A DNA stretch of 64,000 nt from Nageia nagi. Lineage: Eukaryota; Plantae; Pinophyta. The notes under the pieces are model-generated. The model was not told where the DNA came from. It searched no databases and saw only the letters and a program-made list of their open reading frames with translations. How positions within the stretch are numbered: position 1 is the first letter of the stretch; each line of letters begins with the position of its first letter. This document shows positions 40,101-55,100 of the stretch, piece by piece. Position numbers and translations under genes: made by a program. Location: positions 22,816,001 to 22,880,000 of the forward strand of contig JBITNC010000002.1 in assembly GCA_050084985.1 (NCBI GenBank), in the 5' to 3' direction.

Positions 40101-43100
40101 GTTGAAGTTACCTTAGGGCCATCTTCCAGTATAAATAAAATCAAAATACGTATAACATAACTATTTCTTGAATATGTCTTTCCATAAATACTTGCAATGC
40201 TTCTTTACAAAGAACCAATATTGTATGGGAAGTTTTAGCAAGAAGAGACATCCAAGTGAGACTGTTTGTATTCTAGCTGTTCATACTTGAAATTAGAAGT
40301 TTGCATTGGGGATCTTATCTATCGTTTGATAAGAAATTTTGCCAATCACTTCTTAAAAACTCCTTAGGAAAAACAAGAAGAACTCAGTTCATCTTCAGAT
40401 AAAAATGTCAAATTATTGTATGTAAATCTTATAAAACAAATATTATCAACATATGTTGTGAAGCTTTTCTATGGATCCACATAGTAGTGGTAAGTCAGGT
40501 CCCTTGAAGCAGCAAAGCCCAAGTTAAAAAACAATCAGCCATGCCCACCATGTCCACATGGATATTAGATGTACAGAAAAATCAACTTGAAAGAACTTCT
40601 GTAAGGTAGATCGAGCTCGCTCTTGAAATGAAATGTTGACAATTTGTCAAGATAGAGTTCATTGTATCTTATAATTATTCTCAAGAGTATTCCAGAAGAC
40701 ACATATCATTGAACCTCCCACTCTATCTTGACTATTCAGAACACACCAGGTCTACAGAAGATCTTTCTACAACTCATTCCAGTCACTTTTGCCTCTTGAA
40801 CTCTAGTGACCACATTGACTCCAAAAACAAAAGTCAAAGTTGCCAACGCAACTACCACATTATTCAGAACAAACCAGGTCTATAGGAGATCTTTCTACAA
40901 CTCATTCCAGTCACATTTGCTTCTTGAACAGTGGTGACCACATTTAACTCAAAAAAGAAAGTCAAAGTTGCCGACGCAACTACCAAATTATTCAGAACAC
41001 ACCAGTTCTACAGGAGATATTTCTATAACTCATTTCAGTAACTTTCGCTTCTTAAAATGTGGTAACCAGATAAACTTAAGAGAAAAGTCAAAGTCAACAA
41101 CGCAACTACCAAATTATTCAGAACACGCCAGGTCTACAGGAGATCTTTCTAGAACTCATTCCGGTCACTTTTGCTTCTTGAACTGTGGTGACAAGATTAA
41201 CTTTTAGGAAAAAACATCAAAAGTTGACGATGCAACTACCAAATTATTCAGAACACACCAGGTTTACAGGAGATCTTTCTAGAACTCATTCCAGTCACCT
41301 TTGCTTCTTGAACTGTGTTGACAAAATTAACTGAAAAAAGAACTCATTCCAATCACTTTTGCTTCTTGAACTGTGGTGACCAAATTAACTTCAACAAAAA
41401 AGATCAACTTCCAAACCTGCATGGTTATATACAGAATTAGAAAACAACCAACTATCAGAGATTTTACAACCTGATGAAAAGGTCAACTCCATTAACCTGA
41501 CTGTAATTCTTAGCTTCACCACATATTTTCAAAGATATCATAACACTTCTTTCAGTAATGCAAAAACATATTACATCACATATCATGTGCAAGGATAAGC
41601 TGAACTCTGGTATCTACTAAAAATCGAAGACTGAAATTTGGCTAGTCAAGTATCAACATAGAGAAAAAATAGGAAGCCGCATTGTATGGTAAAAACTAAA
41701 CTATCTGAATGTGATTTGACAGGTTGCTGTGAGACTTTGTACAGGATTTCCAAGACAAACACAGGCTTGAGGAGGAGAAGAATATTGCAAAATACCACGA
41801 GTACCAAGAGAGTAAAAGCTCTGTTCAAAGTTGTAGTAATATAGATATCATAAGACCTTGAATCTTATTGTATAATCTGCTAACCTCCGAGGTCAAATAT
41901 TTCAGGAGATCAGATAACCTGCTAAAGACTAAATCAAGCAGCCCTCTTCCTCTCCTGTCCCCATAGAAATCATGTTTATAGCCAAATTCTTTACTGAGAT
42001 GAGTAAGATTGCTTAAACATAGCAACCAAAAAAAAATTACTTAGCACTCATTTTTCCAAAATTCAACAGTTCTCAATGCAAACATGTAAAACAAGATATT
42101 GCATGTGCATAACAAATTGAATGTGAGACATACTTTATCAGCAAATCCATAGCCGCTACTCTTCATTATACCCGAAGATGACTGGGAACTGCATTCAACT
42201 CAGATAGAGTAAGTGTACTTGCATTGATTATCAAGCCCAGATTAAACTAATGAATCAGTGATTAGCAAGAATAAAATACAACAAAGTAAAATATGAAGTC
42301 AGTAACAAAAATACGTTATCAAAGAACCACTACAATCAAAGTAAACTACCTGCACTGGGTTGAATCAGACTCAAAACCCGACTTTTCTGCAAGAACTAAA
42401 TCTAATATGTCGATTTGCACAACAACAGGCTCTATTTGTACATTTGAAAGTGATGGAATCTGAAATATTTGCACATAAGAAGTAAATTAATGAATGGATG
42501 TCCAGAACTATATATAATGAGAAAATAAATATCAACTCACGAGTATTCATTCTTGGCAAGCATGTCTATAAGTACTTGAGATTTTTCTTATAAACATTAT
42601 TGTCAAAAACAAAACTTAAATTCAGCACTATGCTCACCTGCTATTTAAAACATATTTTGCATTATGCTTTTCATAGTTATTTTTATAGTTTTGTTTTCTT
42701 GTATCTTACAACCCTCTTCTGGATGCAAACAGTGATTTTGTAATTCCCACTTATTTCGGTCACCTCTGGACATTAATAAAATTTATTTCTCCAAACTATG
42801 AAACAGAAAACATGTAATTAAATGAGATGTTATTTAGACTAATGGATCAACCATTACATAAAGCAAATTCTGTAAGATAATACTAATATAAAGAAAATAA
42901 GGCTCCAATCCCTAAACCTAAAAGTTAATTTCGAAGCTGAAGCTTCCCATGAGACTTTCTCCTCAAATATCTTTTCAATGCAATGACGAAGAAGCTGCAG
43001 ATGTTTATTTTGCAGCATGGTGGAAACACATGAATAGCCATATTCGGGAATTCGTGTTATTCTACGGTGACATTGAGAGGGGGGGTGAATAAGTGTAATT

Positions 43101-46100
43101 AAAAATTGAAACATAAAATCAATCACACAAAGCAATCACACAAGAACACAGGATGTACAATGGAACCCAGTGTGGGAAAACCACTTGTGCCAATGGACTA
43201 CTTGGGCCACCACCCAAATCCAGCCGAAAATAAATGGATGGCCAATACAATATTTCGCAACACCAACTGCGGAAATAGCACCGACTAACCCGTACAATTT
43301 TGCAACACCAACTACGGAAATAGCACCGACTAACCCGTACAATTTTGCACCACCAATTGCAAGAAGCACCAACTCCGATGCCAAGCACCAACTCGGCAAT
43401 ACTAATGAGATGAAGATAAGAATGGTATCAATAAGACCCTGTGTGGTCTAGCTCTCAATATCACACCTCCATACACACTGTATTTGAATCCACATTGTCA
43501 CGCCATAATCACACTCACATTTTGAATCCGAACACACCAAACTGAATCCAATGAACTCCACTTATCCTTGCTCACCCAACCATGTCTCTTGACCTTCGAT
43601 TTGCTCAAACTCAATCATATTGCACACCTATCCACAAATGCTCTCAAAACAGACGTCTGTTAATGCATTGGAATATTTATTGTTGTCTCATCACACTAAA
43701 ACCGAATAGCCATCACTCTAAATGATATCCTGTCACTGATGTTCGTTATACATGAAATAATCAATATTGTCTTTGGGATGGTTACCAAAAACAAAGTCTG
43801 AAAAAAACACAGCCTCAAAAATCAATTAGTTCTCTTTCCTCCTTTTATAAATCACTAAACCATTTCTAGGTTTTGTTGACCTATCTGTTCACTAACTCCC
43901 CTCAAAATTTCAGCTGAAAATGACACCGTATGAAGAAGTTATGATCAAAATACGAACAAGACGTTTTCATAAATCTCTATGAAAAAGTGACAAAAATGGT
44001 AATGTAAATATGCTCTACTCAACCAAAAGAAACTGGTCTCTTTCTCACAAAGCTCCATCACATTCAAATAGCATCCTTCTCTCTTCCTTAAATGCCCGAT
44101 TTCCATTCCCTTATTACTGCATATTGAAACACATCAAAAAAAATTAAACTTTCAAATCTACGAAAAAACATCTCCACTCAAAACTGTCAACACACGTGTT
44201 TTTCACTTTCTTATTAAGGCTTTTAAAATAGCACCCTTATTCTCACAGTTGTAACATATTTGCTTGTTTTTTTTTTAAACACCTTTTCAATCTCAACTTT
44301 TGTAACTGCCAGATGTACTTCAATGACGGGTGGTATTTTGTCAAACACTTCGTTGGCCTTCTTCAAACAACTGAGGAGCCATTTCGTCAATCATGTCATA
44401 GCCCTGTTCTATGTAAAAAACAACTAATTTTTCCCATACAAATTGCAAAACACTTTGCATTCCAAAACTAGAAAAACATGAAAACAGAGCTTTGAAGGCA
44501 TTTTCAAAGAGCTACAACTTCTCACTGGGTGCACAATTTAACACGAAATTTGGACCACATATTCTTCACATAACTGACTACATTTCGCAAAATTTTAAGG
44601 TTTAAATCCACATAGATCGCACACAGCACTTCTTGCAAAGTGGCCTCCGACAAAGATTTGAAGACATTTTGTCAAACAGTACACAAGCTTAGTTTGGTGC
44701 ACATTAAAGATTCTCATACTTCAGGGCTTCAAATCAAAACTCTCCAAGAGAAAGTTGCTCATCTTGACGAGTTATAGGTGTAACACAAAACAAATTCAAA
44801 AATTGATGCACCGATGAACGAGAAACACTTTCAACACGAATTCCATGACTTAGCAAATAAAGCTGTTCAAAATTGGAAAACTTGTTGCAAAGCCATTTTG
44901 AACTGTACTTCAATCTACAACCTTTAAAATTTTCATTCCATAACTCCTTACAATTTCTCTAAAAATGCACCAGTTCGAAAGCCTCCGAAGCTAAGTTGGC
45001 AACTAGGCCAAAAAGAGTAAAAACAACCGAAAAGGTACCGAGACTGAGAACCATCGCTCCAAACTCTATGCAAACACAGCCAACACTAATATGAGTTGGA
45101 AACACACGTCATCATGTCCAACATTGAATCGTCCTATCCGATCACCCTGTAATGCAAAAACATCATGCTTCTGAAAAAATCGTCGGAAGACCCAAACAGG
45201 TACCAACAACTAGATGACCCTGATCCGACACTACAACTAAGCTCGAAAACAACCTCTGAGACTATGAATGACCTGTCAGGCAACTCGAAATAGTTCACTG
45301 GCACTAAGTGTCAACATTCGTACGTAAAGACACATTTCGCACTGTTGACAACTTTTGAGCAACTTTGCAAGAATTGCAAATTTGGCTTTTCGATGTAAAC
45401 ATACTGAAGCAACACTATACACATCTCCATTTGAACTATCTGAACATTGAGCAATGCATCCACAATATAACCTATCACTGCAACCACCTAACCAAACTGA
45501 GTGTGTTGACAACAATGACAACATTCTCGTCACTTTGCTCAACAATTCGCAACAAGTAGAAACCTGGAAAACTGAAAGCCAATCATTTCAAATTAAAAGG
45601 AATGTTTTAAATTAGAAACCTGGAAAACTGAAAGCCAATCATTTCGCACTGTTGACAACTTTTGAGCAACTTTTGCAAGAATTGCAAATTTGGCTTTTCG
45701 ATGTAAACATACTGAAGCAACACTATACACATCTCCATTTGAACTATCTGAACATTGAGCAATGCATCCACAATATAACCTATCACTGCAACCACCTAAC
45801 CAAACTGAGTGTGTTGACAACAATGACAACATTCTCGTCACTTTGCTCAACAATTCGCAACAAGTAGAAACCTGGAAAACTGAAAGCCAATCATTTCGAA
45901 TTAAAAGGAATGTTTTAAATTAGAAAGCTGTCAAACACCATAAGCAATCAGATTTTCAGTTTGTGAAGTACGAGCTCTAAATCTCACACTCGTGCTTATT
46001 TTCACCCTGAATTGAATTTTATTATTTTTCTTCATATCAGAACATGAAAATTTCATGAATAATAAAACCCACCATTTTCAACATGACTAACTAGCATCAA

Positions 46101-49100
46101 AAACATCAACATGAGCTTAAAAAGCAACTTACGTTGACTTTAGTGTTGTGAAGGGCAGCAAGCAGTAACAAAAATAATGACAGAATCCAAATATCTGATA
46201 TCGATGAGTAATGTTCAAAAGCAGTCACCACATTGAGAGGTTCCGTCTCCAGGCCACTTCAAGAGGGCCAATCAACAAAACTTCATCAATATCAATGGAA
46301 GTGTCATCAGAAAATGTAAACATTTGCAGTATCTCCATTTGTTCCCAAGTCATGTCTTCTTCCAAAAGGTCCTTTAATTTGATGAGTACTTCACGAACCA
46401 AATACTACGTTAGGTTGATTTTCTCCTCATTTAGTGCTTCTAGTTCCAGCATGATCTTTTACTCTTCATCCAATTCTAGAAACTTCATTTGTACTTGCAC
46501 CTTTCACCCCAGCACACATGCACCTGCTGACATTTTCCCTCCTTTCAAAATTTGTGACCACATGGGTGCCCTTTCTACTCAAAGATGGAATACAAAACAA
46601 TTTCTCGATTCCCATTCAAATGATCAAAGAAGATTACTGTCTTGAGTGAGATCAACATTGAATGCCTGAATTTTCTTAGAGAAGGTATAAGGCCATTCAT
46701 GCACACATACGTTGCCTCACTAACCATAGTCAAGGGAACACCTATGCATAACAAAATGAAGACAGTGTATCTTGGTGATTGGCAATAGTTCCAATTGATA
46801 TGCCACTTCTCCCACTTTTCTTAACACTTTGTATGGTCCATAAAATTTTGGTGCCAACTTTTACTTGGATTTTTTCTTCGAGAATGACTATTTTATAAGG
46901 TTGCAACATGAGAAACACCCATGTCCCCTACTTCAGATATCCCCTTCATGTCTGTTATTCTTCCTAGTGGGCATTAGGATAGCTATTCAGAAGTTATGCA
47001 TTAGCAAAGCAACAAATTGTGAAGAGCTTGAATCCGAGTTTTTCAAATATGGTGTGGACTCACTTGCCTCTCCCATTGCAAAGCTGTTTAATGACATTGT
47101 TTGTTCAGGGTTTCCCCCATCCTGGTTCAACACAACATTCATCCCATTCACAAGTTCGAGGATAGTTCAAACTTGAAAAAAATTTATAGAACTACCATGA
47201 TTGGGCACACGTTTGCTAAACTTTATGCGATAGTGTTGGACGTGACATTATCAGACCACTTGAAGCATGGTAATCATAAGGCACAGGGCCAATATGGCTT
47301 CAGAAGGGGTTTCCAAACTATCAACCATATCTTGACACATTGGGCTATCATTGAATAGGCTCGTAAAGGTTCTAAAGTCTTTTGTTCCTTTGTAAAATTC
47401 AGGAAGGCCTTTGACACTTTCTTGCAAAGCTTGCTTCTCTAGAAGTTATGTATCATTGGTATCTCGAATAACTTCATTGCTACCATCATGAGGCTCTATG
47501 AAATAGTCATTGGTCAATTTATGACTGCCCATAAACTCTCTGACTCTATCAAGAGTACTATTGGTGTTAAACATGGATGTCCTCTCTCACAACTCTTTTT
47601 GGTACTTACATAGACAAGCTTGAGGATTTTCTTTAGCAGAACACTCACATTGATGATGGTTGCATGTTACATTAGGTCTTGATTGCTATAATACTTTTGC
47701 AAATAATGTGACCCTAATTTCTCACTCCCAAAAAGGCCTTCAAACATACTTGAATGCACTCACTCCCTTTTGCGAGATTAGACAATTAGTAGTTAACCTT
47801 AGGAAGACTAAGGTCATGATCTTTAATGCTTCTTAGGATGCTCCTTCCAAATTTCAGTTCTCCTCTAAAGGGGAGTTGATTGAGATCACGAATGGTTTTA
47901 CTTATTTAAGGGTTCAATTTCCCAATCCATCCCTCAATTTGAAATTGACTCAACAATCAGCCTTTGCAAGGGATATGCTTCACATTCCATCCTAAAATGT
48001 TAGTGCTTTCACATACATTTCTACAATATTCCTTCAAAGAAATGCCTCTTCAATGCAATCATTGAACCCACAGTTCTTTATGGATAGTAGCTCTAGGGCC
48101 TCACTTCAACGTCTATTGAATGGGCACATATTGAAAGGATTCAAACTATTATGCTTTAACACATGATCCATCACAAAAGACTAGTTACACAATGCATTGT
48201 TCGAGATGAGTTTGTTGCTCAACCCCTTCGTCTAAAGAGTATATTAGGCTCAGCTTCAATATTCATAGACTTAGGTCACTAGGAGACTCTACTTTAGACC
48301 ATGAAAGGCTACCATATCTAGCATTGTGTTCTTCAGAGGGAATTGTTTCCTTAGGTCTCACCGAGCATCAACAATGCTAGTATTCGCAAGCTAATATATT
48401 TCCTTAGTCCATCTACATCTCCCTTGATCAACTTCCCCCATTCAAATACTCAATGAATGCTCCTCCTCACCTTCTTCCTTTGAAGGTCATGATTAACAAA
48501 GTTGTCAAAGATGATATTTACCAGTAATATATACAAGTTACCTAGACCTCTCCCCCTTGGCCTCTCAACCCCAAGGTAGCCTTCTATGTTGAGAATTTCT
48601 CATAGATTATTGATGGAGTCATCACAAAGCCAAACTATCCTCAATACTATTGGTCACAAAATCTAAGGGTTCCCCTTGGTCAACTGTGAGTCAACTTCCA
48701 CCACCTACAAGTTGAGACTAACCATCGTATTCCTTGTGTTTATAGGACTTACCATCTCTACTCTCTCTAGAGAATGAAGAGCACTTCATTTTTTGAAGTC
48801 CCTTATATTATGAGATTCAAGGGAGGTACCACTACTTGTACAGCAAATATGAAGGTTCCTTATCCACCTTTTACTATCACAATCAAAGATGCTTGAAACT
48901 TTTCATCTAAGAGGCTATTATCTTCAAATGGAAAGCTCTACAAAAGTCCAACCCATTCCCCTAGATCCATTGTGTTCATCAGCTCTTTTTTCCAACCCAT
49001 CCCTAATGAGGCACTAAACACCCCCCAAATAGCATTGACTTGCATGCTAATAAGGAAAGGTCAATGCGATGATGTTTACCTTTGCACATTGTTATTAGTG

Positions 49101-52100
49101 TACTCCAATACTTTCATCTTCACTCCAATTGTTGTCGATTTGCCTCTACTCGGCATCATGGACTATTTAGTTCATCCCTTGAGTTAGGGAGCTAGCCATG
49201 CATCACCAACTTCCTTTCCACTACAGAAGATGTGAAATATGCCAACCAAAATATATAGAAAATTGCACAGAAAACCAACAAACATAAAATCTGACTTTTT
49301 TTATTGTTTTAGCCACAGAAAATTAACACAACATAACACAATTGTTCTCAAACAGAGATCTTACCAAACAAAACTCAGATCTGGCTAAACACCACAAAAT
49401 CAGCGGATTTGACCCAAATCATAACACAGAAAATTATTCCAACAATGCCCTAGCTGAACATTGCCTCCAAAAAACTGAAATAGTTGCCAAAACTCAAAAA
49501 AAAAGGCCCCTCTAGGGCTGGACATTACAACTTGAGGGTGTAAACTCTCATATCTGAACACCAACAATGAATCTTCTTCAGCAATTGAACACAAATGCAA
49601 ACCCTATGTGGATATGCCTTAAGGAAACAAGCTTAGGGTTGAAAGATAGCCTCTAGGAAATTCGATCTCCTAGGGTTTCTCTCTTTAAAGGATTTCCAGT
49701 CCTCAAAGGAATAGATTATTGCCAAGCCACAACAATGATCTCCAAAATAGAAATATCAAATATTATCAAAGTCGCTTACAAAAGATATGATCTTCAAATA
49801 TATAGATTGGCAAACCTAATGGCTAAACAAATCCCAGCCATCAGATCCTACATCAACTTTGAAGGGTGTAGATTTGATCGTGGGATCCACCAATGAACTG
49901 TCAAAGTCAATTACACTTGCCTAAGACATTAAATGACTTTATCTTGTGTGACATCCCCTTTGTACTTTTAGTGGGACCAATCTGAACATCTTGTACTAGA
50001 TCTATTTGATGTATTTGCATTTACCTTATTGTAACTCAAGATAGGAATTTAATGGGTCATGTGGACCCACTGTGAGCCCCAAGTGGGACGTCTCCCTCCT
50101 AAGTAGTAGATTAGGCAAGTGTTGCATTGGAGATTCTGGATTGTGGGAATCCCAAGGTATGTTTTGAAAGAATTGAACTATAAGAAGAACAACCCTAAAC
50201 TACCAAGATCACATGAAAGCTCACAAAAACACATCTATCTAACTCACAAAGCAATCTCACAAAGATAACACAAGATGTAAGTGGTTCCTCCAATCTAGGA
50301 GTACATCCACTAACTAGATCTTTACTTCAATCACAAATACAACTCTCTTACAATCCTCCTAATCTCAACTCCTAACCACTATCCTATAACATAACTTTAC
50401 TCCACAAATTGGTGTGTGATCACAATGAGGGAGCCTTCTATTTATAGGTCAAAATCTCTCTTTGGATCACCCTTTTATCCAATGTTCTACAATTGTTCAG
50501 TGTTGAGGATTTCAGAGCATTGTGCCCTAGTTGGCTCCTTTGAGGCCAACAATTGCCCATTGGGCATTGTTATTGTATTATTGTCATCTATATCTTTCAT
50601 ATACAACCAGAGGGCATCAGATCTCATTATTGTGTTATATTGTCTTATACTTGTGCATGCATTGGATCTCATTGATTGTATGTGCTTGTATCTATCATTC
50701 GAAGGCACTTTAATGTATTAGGGTTTAGATTATGCATGTATGAGCCAGACATTGGCATCTTGAGATTGTATTCATTGATGTATGCTTGCATATGCTAGAC
50801 GTTGGCATTTTGGGTATCTAAATGTGTAATCTTAATGTTCTAACCCTAACGTTGCATGCTTGAGGGTTTGTTGGTGCATGTGTGATGCCCTAGACCTGAC
50901 GTCAGGGCTTGATGATCCTGTATTGCTAGTTAAAAGGGAAAATTGATTTTTGGATCATCACATCTTGCCACACCATACTCTTATCCACAAGAATAGTTAC
51001 ATTTGCCAAAATTTTAGTTACAACTACTAAAGACATTTAATAATGCCTTGTCATCCCAATCACAAAGTCAAAAACGTGTACAAAGTCAAAGACATTAAAT
51101 AATGTCTCTTTCCTTGTCCCAAGACTATTCTAAATACATAATTAACTCCTTAAACACATATACTAAGAATAAAACTTGCCAAAACACATTAACTAACCCC
51201 TTAGAGCCCACAAACAACAAAAAAAATAAATTTGAAATAATTACAAGGCTGGAAATAAATAGGGACATTACAAGATCCATCAATCTTGGTTGTTAAGAGG
51301 GATAGTTTTCTGTAAAGATGAAAATAATAATCTTGATCTTGTTGTATTACAATGAGAGAGCCTTGCTTAAATAGGCAAGAAGAATGATTAGCACCATTGG
51401 ATCAGATTAATCTCATCCATTGGATTCACACCTACCACTAATGGAAGATAACTAAGCATACCACTAATGAATATAAAATAAGAACATCCATAACACCACT
51501 AAGGGAAGAGGACAAAAGAGCATCTTCACATGAGGAGAAATAATTAACCATCCTAGTGAACTTAATCAATCTAAGTAAATGGTAATTTACTCTAACACCC
51601 CCCTTTAAGTGATACTAGGAGGAGGAAGTGCAAACACTATGGGTCCCAGCAACAAGGCCTGATGAGGTACCCATGTGCAAATAACATCTCTGTTGAAGAT
51701 GATGAAAAACCACATGGGAAAAAACCATCTTCCAGTAGAGGAAAGCAAGTGGATAACTTCCATCACCCAAAGAAATCATGTCCACTGAATCATGTAAAGT
51801 ACTGAAGAGACTAATGCCAACGAACAACTGCAAGCCAAGAGCTAAAGAACCTCCAAAGAGATCATGATCAAAGAGCTAGAAATATGCAAGAGTGAGCCAA
51901 ACAACACTACTCGAACAAGACCAACAAAGAGAGTCCCTCAACCTAAAATCAAGGCACGAACTCCATTTTGAAGAGAATGTCGGAAATGCAACTGACAAAC
52001 CACAAGCAATGAATAGTAGCAAAAAATCCATGTAGCAGGATGATGCTTCCAAATATGCCTCATTGATGCTATAACAAGTGTTCAGCCATCCCGAGTAGCA

Positions 52101-55100
52101 ATGGAGGAGACACCAAGACAGAAAGCGCCAATATTACCAAAAAAACATCCTATGAGAAATGCCCGAAGGTCTTAAAATCTAGCACAGGAGCTAAGGCAAA
52201 CCAGATCTATTCTGAACATCTGCTTGGAGAGACCAGGCGAGAGGGGTTACCTCCTTTCCTATGTCGAAACTCCAAAAACTGAGTGTTGTAAAGGATGCAT
52301 TTATAGAAGATGCAGTTGACTAGCCCCCCTTAATACAAACAAGGAGAAAGGGTAAGTGATGAGGTAATGGGAAGACCACCAAAAGGTCCATAAAGGACTC
52401 AAACAAGCTACCTTGAGGACAAAGGACAGCAACCATAAATTGGGCTATGAAACCATGAAGGCACCCAACAAGCTGAAGAAGAGTTGGGCTATGAGACCAT
52501 GAAGGCACCCAACGACACTAAAGAAGACCCCCCTAAGAATGGCATACTCTAATGCTTCCCAATATTGACCAAAGTGCCTCACAAGGAGTAGATAGGCTTG
52601 AAAAAGAACCACAATTGCAAGGATAGTCGAGCTCAAAGCGACTTCACAAGCACAATGGTGTGGTCTTCACCTACACACGATAAGTTCATAAAAAAGTCTT
52701 ATGAGTAGTCTAAGGGTCAGTATCTTTAAAAACACCAATTTAACATTGAAGAGCTCCAACTCTGCTTCGCACAGGAAAAAATGGCACCCAAAACAGATAC
52801 CCAAAGCTCAAGATATTGAATTAACAAGGTTGAGGGGTAAAAATTAAATTTTTGGAGCCCCCAACTATAGAAAATTAATTAAATCAAAAATTAATCATTT
52901 AATTAATAATCAAATTCAGAAACTGTGAAATGAGATTCTAAGCAGCATAAGCGACAAAAACATGTTGTATTTGTAGTCAAAACGTCCGGTTCGGAACCAG
53001 GAATGTTGTGAAACTATCCATTCTGAAAAGTGGGGTCTGATCAAAGAACAGGCTAAAAAAACATCACTGTTATACAGGCTGCTCAAATTAAATTGACAAC
53101 CAGATCTTCAAATGCTCATAACTTCCTCAAACGACATCGAAATCGAGCGAGACAAAAAGCAAAGTTGCTTAGCTAGAAAAAGGGTATCTGAATCTGCTAT
53201 CAGAAGTTGAATTTGGCCAACAGTTAGCTCGAAAAATGTGTCTGTCTTCAATATGACGTTTTTCAGCCAGCCAAGAATGCCAAAAATGCATTCCAATCAA
53301 CGGAGAGATCCAATCAGCACAATCGACTCCATGATGTGGGGCCCAACGTCCACAAGTGGATGCAACAACAGGAAAGTAGAGAGCACATGTAGTGGGTGGA
53401 GATCCACATTGTAGTGTAGCACATGTGGTTCGCCCAATCAATTCACCTTTCCCCGACATCCTCAAAGTGGAATGCCCACGTAGCAACTAGAGAGGTTGGT
53501 GCAAGGAGCCGCGTGATTTGGAGAGGGCTCTAGACAAAATTGCAAAGGATAGCCATTGAATGTAGAGATGTGCCACGAGAAGAAATGGCAGATCGAAACG
53601 CCATTTTGCTCGAAAGAACTCCACCCAATAAACATCTTGAATACTTGCACAGTCCAGATCTAAGCACAGAAGAAGAGAAGCTCTGGGTGATCAGGCCATT
53701 GGTGAGAGAGAGACGGCATGAGGAAGATGTCAAAACTCCAAATTTTAAGCTGTGTGGTGAGGCACGTGAAGACGAAGAAGGCCAAGAGGAGCATGTCCTA
53801 ACACAATGCAGATCGATAGATCTAGAGTGCACAATGAAACCAGAAGCCTATAGTGCATGTGGGATTGCAACTAAGAGGAGCCCACAAGCTGGAGGCGGAG
53901 GTCCCATAGGGCCAGAAACAACACACGCCAACCACTAAAGGAAGAGCTGGGAGGACATGATCAAGCATAGGGACACGCACCAAGAACAGCACCATCCAAG
54001 AGCAGGTGCCAAACATAAAGATCTGCAACCAAGAGGTTCAAGCTGGTAGAAGGTGGCGCAACCATGCATAAGAGGTCACGTCCATGCAGATCCAGAAACT
54101 AAAAAGATAGGTCACCTACCACAAAAGGAGATGCAACAAAAACAATGGAGGTGAGGGAGGGATTGGCTCAAGGAGGCCAATCCCCCTCACAAATTTGCTA
54201 AGCAAACATAGAGGGGGAGGTTCAGAGAAAGACCCGCTCTAATACTATGTAAAGATGAATAATAATCTTGATCTTGTTGTATTACAATGAAAGAGCCTTG
54301 CTTAAATAGGCAAGGAAAATGATTACAACCATTGGATCAAACTAATCTCATCCATTGGATTCACACCTGCCACTAATGGAAGACGACTAATCATACCACT
54401 AATGAATTTAAAATAAGAACATACCTAACACCACTAAGAGAAGAGGAAAAAAGAGCATCTCCACATGAGAAGAAATAATTGACCATCCTAATGAACTTAA
54501 TCAACCTAAGTATATGGTAATTTACTCTAACATTTTCTATGGATGTTATTAGATTTATCATTGGCCCTTTCACAATGATGGAGGATGATGTCATCAGTTC
54601 CACTACTCCAAGCATGTGACAGCACTGCACAGGCCCTTTTTGACAGTATTATTTTTATCATTGGCCCTTTTCTAATGGTGTATTCTAGGTTTTTAATGTC
54701 AATACCTAGGGTTTTAAACCCCTAGCATTTTTCTATTATCACTAGATGTACTTTTAAGTCCCATTGACCTATTTTGGTCACCCTTGGACATTAATATATC
54801 TTCTTCCCTTTCTTTCTATTTTATGCTTGGCAAAGATTATCTTTGAGAATACACATTGCTTCCTATCTTTATTTCATAAATTTATCCACATCTTCCACTT
54901 TAAACAATCCCAATAAACAGGCAATGGTGGACAAGGGTTTTTGCCTATATCATGCTTCAAAAGAAGACATCTTTGTAGATAAGTGGTAGGTTGTATTACA
55001 CCACCACTCTACCAATTGAAGCCATTTCACCAATTGGTATTGCTTATCTTGTGAAAAAAAAATCTCAAGTAAGTCATGAAACATTTGTTCACCACCTACA

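Larger units (their letters stand above)
49231..51272 (-). repeat. Solo LTR (TGTAATGTCCC...TTTCACA on minus strand) carrying nested LTRs
   Basis: TG...CA termini, imperfect TSD; interrupted by 49947-50962. Confidence 0.6.

Noticed and set aside
40731-41400. CRISPR-like array
   Set aside because: Eukaryotic intron; whole units are homologous with no unique spacers; no cas genes.
43106-43451. ORFs with repeated peptide NFATPTxEIAPTNPY
   Set aside because: Translation of the 45-bp tandem repeat inside the solo LTR.
51655-51730. CTGATGAG...GAAA resembling a hammerhead ribozyme core (retrozyme idea)
   Set aside because: No helix II closes between CTGATGA and GAAA, and no helix I/III pairing is visible; the motif lies in the loop of a simple hairpin.
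53108-54028. ORFs up to 132 aa inside element E
   Set aside because: Overlapping on both strands in GC-richer DNA; no gag, pol or host motifs.
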